Origin: the human T2T-CHM13v2.0 reference genome, Homo sapiens
Direction: 5' to 3' (one strand)
NCBI RefSeq assembly: GCF_009914755.1
Contig: NC_060928.1
Length of the DNA stretch: 64,000 bases
Shown piece by piece: positions 51,081 to 64,000 of this stretch. Position 1 is the stretch's first letter, and the number at the start of each line of letters is the position of its first letter. The translations under genes were made by a program, and so were the position numbers. The notes below the pieces were generated by a model. The model did no database searches and had not been told where the DNA came from. It saw only the letters and a program-made list of their open reading frames with translations.

Positions 51081-52006
51081 GCACCATCATCCCTCCCTCA
51101 TCTCACACTGATGGCCAGAGGACAGAGAGAAAAAATGGCCTGGCTCAAAGATGAGTCAGTGGAGTATGTTGATCCCAGCTAAAAATAGGCTACTGCTACT
51201 TGACAGATCTACCCGAAGGTGGCCCTGAAAGATGGTGATGAGGAAAAAGTCCTCCCACTGGGCCAAGCACTGGACACAGCACCTAGTGATACCTTTGTAT
51301 CGAGAAGAACATGGTTCAAGGTCAGTGTACACATGGAATCTTAGGCATAAGCTTTTGGGTTGTGGACTCTCAGAATGGCTTTTGCTGGTTTGTTAAGGAC
51401 ATGGAAGGAATAAGTTTGAAAAATGGGAACCAGGAAGTCTAGGGAAGAGACATACATATGGATAGACCTGGGGAAGAGGACACAAACTATGAAGATCTTT
51501 GCATTGCATGGCAGAAGAGGCATTCAGCAAGGAGGCAGAAAGTATGGCACAGCCAACTGATGCTAGCCAGCCTCTTCCCTTGCCACCCCAACACCTGCTA
51601 AAACGCCCATGAATGGAGCAGCCCCTATGGCACAGATGGAGGCTCTGGATGGAATGTGTTTCCTCTTTCTGCGACAATTTTCTTCCTGGTATCTATATGC
51701 TTGGCTAACTCTCTCTCTCCTGGACAAATACCCCTTCTCAGTGAGACACAGCTGCAAAGGCACATTGATCTGGGAAGCTAGAGAAGCTTCAGTTTTGGGG
51801 TACATAATTCCCACAGGCCCTGTGTGTGCTAGAAGTTGCTCATAGTTGTACAACATGGATAGGTGAGGCCAGTTTATGATTAGAAAGCATTTCTATGTCA
51901 GTATTCCTGGGAAATTGCCTAATCAGAACATAGGGACCTGTAATGCCATTGTTACAGTAATTACTTGCAATCTTTTCTAATTCTAAATACATATTCAAAA
52001 CTCTGA

Positions 52007-52392
<386 letters not shown>

Positions 52393-52676
52393 CCAGGTTT
52401 GTGTTTTTTAAGGAGGAGGGCCCTTCAAATTGTATAAGCTTTGGGTCCCACAAAACCTGGCTGCTCCTGCCTGTCGCAGTTACTTCATGGAACACTATTC
52501 CTGCCCCATCCCTGCATCTTGGCACCCGATATCACTTACTCTGCTTCAATTTTTTTTTCTTTTTCATTGCACTCATCGCCTTCTAACATACTATCTGTTT
52601 ATTTCTGCTTGTTGCTCATTATCTGATTCCCACCATTAAAATGTAAGCTCCAAGGAGCAGGCATCTTAGTGTTGGC

Positions 52677-53538
52677 TGATGGAAAAACCAAATTTTATCA
52701 AAATATTTTAAGAGGTTTATTCTGAGCCATTAGGAGTGATCATGGTCCGGGGCTACACAATCCCAAGAGTTCCTGAGAAAGTGTGCCCGAGGTAGTCAGG
52801 TTACAGTTTGCTTTTATACATTTCTGGGAGACAGGAATTGCAGACAATATCATAAATCTATACACAGAAGGGATACATTGGTTCAGTCCAAAATGGCGAG
52901 ACATTCCGAAATAGGGGCTTACAAGCCATAGGTGGGTTTTAGGGATTCTTTTGTTGACAATTGGTTGAGAGATTTAAGCTTTGCCTAAAGACTTGGAAAG
53001 GAATGCCTGAGTTAAGATAAGGAGGTCTGCTCCTGTCCTGTGATGCTATACCAGAATTAGGTTGGAAAGTAAGCCACATTACACCAGGTTAACTTTTTAA
53101 AATCCATTTAGCTGGGACTACAGGCATGTGCCCCTTGCCTGGCTGGTTTTTGTATTTTTAGTAGAGATGGAGTTTGGCCATGTTGGCCAGGTTGGTCTCA
53201 GACTCCTGGCCTCAAGTGATTCACTCACCTTGGCCTCCAAAAATGCTGAGATTACAGGTATGAGCCACCACACCTGTCCAAGCCTAGAGTTTTCAATACA
53301 TCAGTTGGGTGCTGGGTTTTAGGATAATTTGGAACTTAAGCAACCTCATTCGGAAAGATAGATTTCTGTATTTAATAGTAAACATGAATTTGAAATACAG
53401 ATTTTTCCATAGGGAAGAAAGTTCTTTTTAAGAAAAACAAATCTGTTTAACAAGAGTTTATGGTTTATGGGGTTTAACTCCCCAGGCCCCTTATATAGGA
53501 ATTTGGACAGGAGAAAAAAGATCAGAGTTCAGTCCTCA
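52677..53538 (-). mobile_element. MER39-like ERV1 LTR, interrupted at 53110-53438
   Basis: TGATGGAAAAACCAAA..AGAGGTTTATTCTGAGCCA...CCCCAGGCCCCTTA.ATAGGAATTTGG..TCAGAGTTCAGTCCTCA. Confidence 0.72.
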
Positions 53539-53721
53539 GGGTTATTTATAGATTCCCTGTGCCTAGTAGAGTGTGTGCTTATACTGGGTACCCAATAAGT
53601 ATGAGTAGATGAGGAGAAAGAAGGGAAGGAGGGGGTGATGGGGGAAGGAAGAGAGAAAGAAAAGGAAGAAAGCAAGAGCAGATGGAATGATGGTGCTCGG
53701 GACCCACTATCCCAAAATATG

Positions 53722-54245
53722 ACTAGAGGAGACCAGAATATGCCACCCCAAAATACACCTCTTTGGCACATTGATTATTTTGAGCTGGTTATTTTGAGAA
53801 ACTGCAGACATAAGTTCAACTCTGAAAAGTTGTTCTTCTGTAAAATTAATTTACATCTATAAAGGACCTCTTTCCACCTGGTGGGATGCTCCCTCTCTGC
53901 ACCAGGAAGGAAAGGATGGTTAGATCTCCAGACACTCTTGAGCAGTGGTGAAGGCATCACCTGAAATCTGCGTAACAAGCCTTGTCTTTATTTAAGGAGC
54001 TTTTCTTGGCCATCTCTTTGTTTCAGACAAGGGACAGCATTTAAGTCCGAAGTTTAGACTCCTTCTTGGAGAGCTAGTCTAGAGATTCACTTCTCTGTTT
54101 TTTTCCCACTGTATACATGAGGTACACATGTTAATAAACCTCTATTCATTTTTATCTTGCTAATCTGTCTTTTGTTACAGGAACTATGAACTAAGCACTG
54201 TAGTTCAGAACTATAAAGGGTAGAGAGAAAATTCTTTTCCTCCCT
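53722..54245 (+). mobile_element. MER34-like ERV1 LTR
   Basis: CAGAATATGCCACCCCAAAATA..CTCTTTGGCA..GATTATTTTGAGCTG; GTTAATAAAC polyA-signal region. Confidence 0.72.
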
Positions 54246-54790
54246 TCTGGAGGACACAATTAAGAGCCATAGCAGCCAGAAATGCCAGCCAGAGCTGATA
54301 GGACTCAAAGCGAGGGGTGTCTATTGGCCCTGGTCAGCCAAAATAATAGACCACAAATTCATGAGCCACAAGTGTCACCAGTGAGTGCCATCTGTGCACA
54401 GGGAGCAGGTAACTAGAGACATCAACAATGAGGCAAGCAATCATCCAGAAGGCAGCACAAGGAGCTGGGCTTGGGGACCTGAGGCCCCCATCTCCTCACC
54501 ACCCTGAGACGGCCCTCACTAAGCATCTATATCCAAACACTGTCTTAGGGAAGAGAAGGGAAAGGGGAAAACCTTGGAACACCCGAACATTTACCTGGAC
54601 TAGAGTATTCAAACCAGAAGAGATAGCTTTACTTGGCAAGCCGTTTCTCCTCCTCCCACAAGCATCCTACATACACAGACTGGAAGTTTGAGAACAAGAT
54701 TATATCAATAATAGAAAATAAACCATGTGTTCTTTGGGCTTCTGAGTAGTAGTAGATTGCCTTTTAAGGACTAAGTAAAACTAATGATAG

Positions 54791-55267
54791 TGTTAAAGAA
54801 AAATTATCCAATGATGCCTCTTAAAGTGCCATAAGGCAGACTTTATTCAGGACCATTGTGATCGTCTTGGGACCGCTACAATGGAGTCTTGCTATGGTGG
54901 GGAGAAATTGGCCTCGACTCTGAACATAGCGTGGGCAAGTGAACTTTTGGCCAAGGAATGGTGGGGGGTGGTCAGTGGATAGAAAATTACTAAGAGGAAA
55001 TGTCAGGGTAAGGGGGATTCTGGCTAACCTGACCTAATAGGATTCTTGCAGAAGGCAAGCCAGGGCAATCAGACATCATCTGGGGGCTGATGGAGGATGA
55101 GGAACCCGATCAGATATCAAGGATGATCAGATACGGAGGGTGGGAGGTTTTGGCTAACTTTACTTAGAAGGGCTCTTTTTCTAAAACTGGATTTTACAAG
55201 GAAGTACACAGATGGGCCTAGGAAAAGGCTCTTGAGCAAAGCTTGGCCAAGCCCAGAATCTTTGTGA
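54791..55267 (-). mobile_element. MER31-like ERV1 LTR
   Basis: TGTTAAAGAAAAATTAT..GCAGACTTTATTCAGGACCATTG..GGTCAGTGGATAGAAAATTACTAAGAGGAAA. Confidence 0.7.
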
Positions 55268-55687
55268 ACAGAGGAACACAGAATAACTGGTGGTATTTCA
55301 GTATGTTTTATTCTAAAAGGTCTGAGAGCATCCACCAAAAGGAGGTGTGCCGTCAATATTGTGGACTATTTTATAACATGTCTTTTTTTGTATTTTTACT
55401 TGCATGTTGCTTACTTTTGACTAATGACAACATCTACAAAATAAGAGACACCTGGCGATTTTTATTGTGCATGTGTTTACAAAATCTTGCTTCAAATGAA
55501 TTATATCATTTATAGCACTTTGTCATGCAATCTTATGGCATGCAGCTTCTGCTGTATTAAAAATTAGATTAAATTAATTGGACTTTTAAAACATTTGTTA
55601 AACAAAGTAATGAAGTATAAATAAGAATCCCTAATAAATATCTAATTTATACTCCAGGCCCAGGTTCGGGAATACATATTGTGTAGG

Positions 55688-56184
55688 CACAGACACAGAC
55701 ACACACACACACACACACACACTCTCTCTCACACACACACACACACTCTCTCTCACACACACTCTCACACACACACGCACACACTCTCACACACACTCTC
55801 ACACACTCTCACACACTCTCACACGCACACACTCTCACACACACACTCTCACACACTCTCATACGCACACTCTGTCACACTCACACACTCTCACACACTC
55901 TCACACTCTCTCTCACACGCACACACACTCACACACTCCCTCACACGCACACACTCTCACACGTGCACACGCTCTGTCACACACTCTCTCACACTCACAC
56001 ACACTCACTCTCACACACTCTCACACATTCACACACACTCACTCTCTCACACACTCACACGCACACACTCTCTCACACACTCACACGCACACACGCTCTC
56101 TGTCACACTCACACACTCACACTCACACACTCACACACACTCTCACACACACACACTCTCTCACACACACACACACACACACAC
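55688..56184. repeat. ~500-bp compound (CA)n/(CT)n low-complexity array
   Basis: Continuous CACACACTCT-type units with occasional CGCA/CTGT variants. Confidence 0.95.
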
Positions 56185-57089
56185 CCTTAGCCTTAGACGT
56201 GAAAAAGCGTCTTGTCTGGAAAAGGAACACATCTATCTGAAAAAGAGGCTGGAAATATGAAATTTTTTTTCTGGAATAAATAAAATCCCACTTTGCCTTG
56301 CTCCCTTCAGAATGTGGTGGAAAGCCTTTCCACTTAGGCAAGGGCTAATTGCTCAACAGAAAATGCCAATGAAGCTCATTGTAATGGGATTCTATCCATC
56401 TGTAATTTCCATTCCTAGAACCAAATACTTTCATCTGTTCCCATGTCTTCCAAAACATGAGTACCCTTGGTGGTAAAGGGAAGCATCTACAGATTGTCAT
56501 TTCATTTTTGAGAGCCATTCAGAAAGAAAGAGGCATACTACAAGCCTGGGACTAAGAACAGATTGAATTCATTAAAAAGACAGAAGCCAAACTGTTCATC
56601 TCTGGTACATGAAAAATCATCACTGTTGTTGTTAAAACCATATGCTTTAGGTAAGAGGACAGGTTTTGTATTCGCTCTAACATTTGTTCTGAGGAATGTT
56701 GATGTACTTAATGCTAGTATGTGCTTAGCAGTAATTTGCAAATATGAAAAGTAACCAAGAGTTCAAGCAATGAGTAAGGAGGGTCAGAAACCTCATCTGA
56801 GATATTTCCCAGTTATCATTGATAATATCATTGAAATATCATCGTATATCATGTCCGAATGTTAGAGCATAGACAAAGATCTACGTCATCATTTGTCATC
56901 ATTTCATAGCTTTCGGCATGCAGGCTCAGACTTTAAAAGAGTTTGTTTCCTCCTTAAAAAAAAAAAAAGTCTTAAATTTTTTTAAGTTTCCATGCGGTGA
57001 AATTGGTAGAGGCTTTGATCACTTGACCTGAAATGATACTGATTTGTGTCTTTCAGCTGAAACTCTGCTCAGTTCCCCAGACCAGGTTT

Positions 57090-59058
57090 AAAAAAATGCA
57101 ACAACCCACTTAATTGATGTATAGCATATGAAGTATACATGAAGTATAGCAATGTGCACTATATAGAAAATCATAAAGTGTTCAGCTTGATGAATTATAA
57201 CCAGATGAACACACTCACAATTTATGTATCCATTTTATATCTGATGGGCTTTGGTTGTTTCTAGTTTTGGCTGACTAATGTTATAAGAACATTATTGTTC
57301 GTGTCTTTTGACACACGGGGGTATGCTTTGCTGTTGGTTCCATAGCTAGGAGTGAAATTGTTTGGTTACAGAGTACATACATATATTCAATTTTAATAGA
57401 TAATGCCAGTCTTACAAAGAAGTTGCACCAATTTACATTACCACCAGGCATTTTTGGGAATTATAGTTGCTCATATCTCTTCCTATTCCTTGGTAGCATC
57501 AGCCTTTTTAAGTTTGGCCATTTCAGTGGGTTGTATCCCATTGTGCTTTTAAAATTTGCAATTCCCTGAAAACTTATAAGGTTGAATATCTTTTCCTACA
57601 TTTTTTGGCCCCTTAAATATCTTCTTTTGTGAATAGCCTAATAGAAAATTGTGCCCACTTTTCTAGTGTGTTGTTTATCTTTTTCTTTTTGATTTGCAGG
57701 AATTCTATGTAAATTCTGGAAACAATTTCTTCGTTAGCAATATGCATTCCACATATTTTCCCTTTCTGTAGCTTTAAAAACTCCCTCAATAGATATTTTG
57801 ATGAACAGAAAGTCTTATTATTAGGTTGTCCGATTTATCAATCTGACTTAATGTTATCGCCTTTTCTGTCCAAAAAAACTTTCTTACCCACAGGTCATGA
57901 GGAAATGCTCCTATGTTATTTTCTAAAAGCTTTTTATCATTTTACTTTTCACATTGCACAGTCCACCTAGAATTGATTTCTGTGTATAGCGTAAAGTAAG
58001 AGTGAAGTTTTCTTTTATTCTTAAAGTAGATAACCAATCAATTTAGCACCCATTATTGAAATGACTGTTTTTCCACCAGGTCTCTGCATTTATAAAATTC
58101 AAGTGTCCGTATATGTGTTGCTCTGTTTCCAGACTCTCTATTATGTTCCACTGGTCTATTTATCCATTTGTACCAATCCCACACTTAGTGCAATTACTGT
58201 AATTTTAAAAATTACTGTATCGTTATAGGTCTTTCTATAGGGTAGAATAATTTCCTCTCATTCTTGGGTTTGGCTGTTTTTGGTCTTTTGCATGTCCACA
58301 TACATTTTAGAGTCAGCTTGTAAATTGCAATGAAAATTGTGGGGCTTTTAATTCAAATTGTTTAGAATCTATAAGTTAGACGGAAGAATTAACATTTTGC
58401 AATATTGAGTCTTATAATCTATAAAAAAAAGTACATCAATAAACAGTAAATCTATAGGTCTAGTATTTCCTTCAATTTATTTAGTTTTCATTTGTGTTTA
58501 ATTATTAATAATTTAATTTAGTGATATATTTTCAATAGATTTTTACATATGTCTTGAACATTTTAGATGTATTTCCAAATATTTCCTTTTTGATGATATT
58601 ATAAATTATAACTTGTAAATTAGTTTTATTGGTTTGGGATATATAAAATACCATTTATTTTTTAATTGACCTTGGATCCAATATTAATAAATGTACTTAT
58701 TAATTCTAACAGTATATCTGTACATTCTTATAGATATTCTACATATAAAAATCATATTGTCTGCAAATAATGACAGTTTCATATTTTCCTTTCCAAATTG
58801 TGTATTTCTATTTTTTTCATCTTCCCTTGTTGCATTGGCTAAGACCTACAGAACACTGTTGAATAGGAAAGGTGATAATCGGCATTTTTGTCTGTTTCCC
58901 AGTCTCACAGGGAAAGCTCTTAATGCTGCGCCATTAAACGTGGTGTTTGTTTCAATTTTTAAAATACCCTTTCTTGAATTAAGGAGATTATTTCAATTCC
59001 TAATTTGCTAAAATTTTTAAAAATCATATAATGGATCTTGACCAAATGCTTTTCTGCA
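57090..59058 (-). mobile_element. Old L1M (3' part), antisense
   Basis: T-rich antisense L1 blocks (GGTTGTTTCTAGTTTTGGC, TTGTCTGCAAATAATGACAGTTT, CAAATGCTTTTCTGCA). Confidence 0.85.
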
Positions 59059-59114
59059 CCCACCTCAGCCTCCCAAAGTGCTGGGATTACAGGTGTGAAC
59101 AACCGGGCCTGGCC

Positions 59115-59392
59115 ACAATATTTCAACTTTATGATGGCACCTATGTAACCATTCTGTTTATCACTTTCAGTATAGTATTTAACAAATTCCATAAGTTATG
59201 CAACAGTTTATTATAAAATAGGCTTTGTGTTGTATGATTTTGCCCAACTATAGGCTAATGTAGGTGTTCTGAACATGTTTCAGGCAGGCTAGACTAAGCT
59301 TTGATGTCTGGTAGGTTAGGTGTATAAAATTCATTTTCAACTTACAATGGGTTTCTTGGGACACAACTCCATTATAAGTTAAGGAGTCTGTA
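59115..59392. mobile_element. MER47A/Tigger5-like TcMar MITE, preceded by a ~55-bp Alu 5' remnant (59059-59114)
   Basis: TTATTATAAAATAGGCTTTGTGTT..GATTTTGCCCAACT.TAGGCTAATGTA..AACTTACAATGGGTTT..TAAGTTAAGGAGTCTGTA. Confidence 0.78.
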
Positions 59393-60422
59393 TTTGCCAA
59401 CAACAGCACTAAAGATGTGAGTGGGAATATTGGAGTCAAGAATTGACACCAGATGGGTAATTCAAATCCACAAGAACAAATGAAGAGAACTAGAAATGGT
59501 CAATTGGTAGATTAATATAACAGATGCTATGAATATATACTTGCCTTCTTCTCTCAGCTTCTTTAAAATACATAAAATTTAAAGTAAAAACAGAAAAAAA
59601 TTAGATACATATAATTAAATGTTATAATTACATAATTATAGCAATGTATTGTTGGGTTTGTAACATTTATAGATGCAATATGTATAACAATAATAGCACA
59701 GAAGGGTGGGAAAGAGAATGGAGCCATACAGAAGTGACATTTATATATCTAATTGAAATTAAGTTAGTATAAGTCTCATGTAGAATCTGAAGTAACTCTT
59801 GACTAGTTAACCAATATATCAGAAGGCCTAGACCAATCACTAAGAAAATAGCTTAACATAGTGAAAAAAGTCATTAGAGGAATTAAATCGTAACACAAGC
59901 AAATGTTTGCTTACTGTAAAATAAAGCAGTAAAGGAGGGATAAAGAAAATAAAGAACAAAAAAGACATGAGACACAGAAAACAAAAAGTAAAATGGCAGA
60001 CATAAACCCAACGATATCAATAATATTACATATAAATGAACTAAACAACTTAATCAAAAATCAGAAATTGTTGGGCTAAACTTTTTTTAAAAGATCCAAA
60101 TATATGCTGTCTATAAGAAACACACTTTAGACTCAAAGATACAAATACACTGAAACTAAAAGAGATAGGGAAAATATGCAAATAGATAGAAAAATATGTA
60201 AAAGACAGAAAACCATTTAAAAAGCAACCATAAAAAAGCTGGAGTGGCTGAACTACTATCAGACAAAATAGACTTTAAAACAGAAAATGCTATTAGAGAT
60301 AAAGAGGAACATTTTATAATAATAAAAATGTCAATCCATCAGGAAGATATAATAATTACAAACATATATACCTAACAAGAGAGCCCCAAAATACATAAAG
60401 CAAAAACTGAGAGAAATGAAGG

Positions 60423-61165
<743 letters not shown>

Positions 61166-61488
61166 AGAACTAGGCACGAGGTAAACAAGGAGATAGATAC
61201 TTGAACAACAATATAAACCAAATAGATCAATGCTCATCTGTAGACTACAACCAACAACTGCAGAATACACATTCTTCTCATTCTCCAGAATAGACCATAT
61301 GCTAGGTTATAAAACAAGCCTCAGTAAATTTAAAACGAATAAAATTATTAAAAGAGTATGTTGTCAGACTAAAATGTAGTCAAGTTAGAAAACAATGACA
61401 GAGAGAAATTTGGGAAACTCACAAATACATGGACTTAAACAACACACTCCTATATAAAAATGAATGTGTCGAAGAAAAATCAGAGAAA

Positions 61489-62245
61489 GTATTAGTTTCT
61501 TAGAGCTGTCATAACAAAGTGCTACAAACTGAGTAGTTAAAAAACATTATTATCTCACAGTTCCGGAGTCTGGAAGTTCAAGAACAAGGTGTTAGCCAGG
61601 CCATTCTCCCTCTACAGATGCTAGGGAAGGATCTATTCTAGTTTAAATGGGTGAATTGCATCTTATACGGCTATTACAAAAAATGTATTGTAGACATTAT
61701 GATATTTTTAACCTAAATACTTTAGAATGTACCTTCTAAGAACTGCTACTAAGAAGTTCTGTAAGTAAATAAATGGGCATTTCCTCTGATCCACAGTTCT
61801 AGTGTTTCTGCATGTGTGCATATGTGTGTGTGTGTGTGTCTGTGTTTTTGTGACTGTGCAAGTAGGGTAACATCTCAGACCCTTCACTGTTTCAGAGCCA
61901 ATAGTACATAGAACCCTTCTGTACGTTGATCCAAGATACAGTGCAGACTTTCTCAAAAGACTGTCCAAGACCGTCTCTTGCCCAGCTTCTGGTAGTTTTT
62001 TGACTTATGGCTAAATAACTCCAATCACCGTTTTCCCTGTATTCATGTCTGTCCAAAATTCTCCATTTTATAAGCACACTAGTCATATTGGAGGCCTGGC
62101 CCGCCCTACTCCACTGTGACCTTATTTTAACTAATTACATCTGCAATGACCCGATTTCCCAATAAAGTCACACTTTAGACACAGGGACTTAAGACTTCAA
62201 CATAGGCATTTGGCGTAGGGGGTACACAATTTAACCCATAACACA
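61489..62245 (-). mobile_element. MLT1B/C-like LTR split by a ~325-bp foreign insert (61642-~61965)
   Basis: LTR blocks 61489-61641 and ~61965-62245 are consecutive parts of one MLT1 consensus. Confidence 0.78.
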
Positions 62246-64000
62246 AGGGGAATTATGAAACACTTTGGGATGAACAGAAATGAAGACACAACATATCAAA
62301 ATTTATGAGATACAGTTAAAACTGTACTTAGAGGGGACTTTATAGTTGTAAATGCCTGTATAAAAAGTAGAAAGATCTCAAGTCAATAATTTAAACTTCC
62401 ACCTTAAGACACTGGGAAAAGAAGAGCATCCTAAATATAAACCAAACAGAAAGAAGGGAATCATGAAGATTCAAGTGGAAATTAATGAAATGAAGAATAG
62501 AAAAACAGTGAAAATCAATAAAATCAAATGCTGGTTCTTTGAAATGACCAAAAAAATTGACAAGCCTTTAGCGAGATTAATCAAGAAACAGAGAGAAGAC
62601 TCAAATTACTAAAATCAGAAATGAAAGAGGGGACATTACTGCCAACCTTAAAGAAATAAAAATAATTATAAGGGAATACTATGAACAACTGTGTCTCAAT
62701 AAGTTAGATAACTTAGATGAAATAGATAAATTTCTAGTAAAATTGACTCAAGAAGAATTCAAATGGCGTGTATAATAAGCAAAAACATTGAATTAGTAAT
62801 AAAACGTTTTTAAAACTTCCCACAAAGAAAAGCTCAGGCCCAGGTGCTTCACTGGTGAATTCTACCAAACATTTAAGGAATAATTAACAGCGATTCTTCC
62901 CAAACTCTTCCAAAAGAACAGAAAAGTGGGGAAAACTTCCTAAATCATTCTATGAGGTCAGAAATACTCTGATACCAAAACCAGACAAAATTTCACATGA
63001 AAATAAAACTACAGACCAACATCTCTTATGAATATAAATGTAAAAATCCTCAACAAAATATTAGCAAACTGAACTCAGCAACATATAAAAGGATCATACA
63101 CCATGACTAAATGAGTTTTGTCCTAGGAATGCAAGGTTAGTTTAACATTCAAAAATCAATTGATGTAATACACTTAATCAATAGAATGAAGGGCAAAGAC
63201 CACACAGTTACTCAATAAATGCAGAAAGAACATTTGACAAAATCCAACAACCTTTCATGATAGAAACACTCAACTGCAATTCTACCCCTAGGAAAAATAA
63301 AAACATATGACCATTCATAAACATAAACAAGAATGTTAATAGCAGCATTATTCTTCATAGTCAAAAAGTGAAAATAATCCAAATGTCCATCAATCGATGA
63401 ATGAAGAAACAAAATGTAGTATATCTATACAATGGAATATGACTTATCAGTGAGAAGGAATGGCATACTGATACATGCTACAACATAGATGACCTTGAAA
63501 ACATTATGCTAAATAAAAGAAGCCAGTCATAAAAGACCACATATTGTATGATTCCATTCATATAAAATGTCTAGCATATGAATGTCTCTAGAGACTGAAA
63601 GTAATTCGTGGCTACCTAGGGCTAGAGGGGGCTGTAAGGATTGAGAGGTGATAGTTAAAGGGTATAAAGTTTATTTTGGAGGTGATGAAAATGTTCTACA
63701 ATTCATTGTCTTGATGATTCATGATTCTGTAAACATGCAAAAAAAGTAAATAATTTAAATGAATGAAAATGTATAATTTAAAATGTAGAATTTAAATGAA
63801 TGTGAAACGTATAATTTAAATGGGTGAATTGTATCTTATATAGCTGTTGCCAAAAAATTTATTGCAGACATCATGACATTTTTAGTCTAAAAATACTTTA
63901 GAATGTATCTCCTAAGAATTGGCACTAAGAAGTTCTCTAAAGAAATAAGTGTTTATTTTCTCTGATCCAGAGGGCTAGTGTTTCTGCTTGCGTGGGTGTC

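Noticed and set aside
55679-56260. His/Thr/Ser-rich 193-aa ORF
   Set aside because: Translation of the CA/CT array.

Overview
Primate (almost certainly human) genomic DNA containing the 5' end of DCTD (dCMP deaminase, minus strand; by established knowledge chr4q35). It includes the CpG-island promoter (~12.5-13.4 kb), first exon and two coding exons; the remaining exons lie beyond position 1. The other ~50 kb is repeat-dense upstream DNA (Alu, L1, L2, MIR, MaLR/ERV1/ERVL LTRs, DNA transposons), and nearly all ORF-track entries there are Alu, L1 or VNTR artefacts. The most interesting signal is not in the ORF track: hand translation of the apparently unique sequence at ~19.0-21.55 kb (+ strand) gives the motifs of a near full-length hAT transposase (DUF4371 / ZMYM1-THAP12-ZNF862-like) in the correct order, broken by stops and frameshifts. 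Candidate splice sites could link it in frame to an upstream exon and to the DCTD CpG island, so it may be a dead domesticated-transposase gene head-to-head with DCTD. Other items: an L1 with a 3' transduction, a twin-primed L1, a retroposed orphan insert in an LTR, an old local duplication inside an MLT1 LTR, and a ~1-kb VNTR that arose within an L2. Repeat names are from memory of consensus sequences, not a database search, and boundaries are approximate unless TSDs are given.
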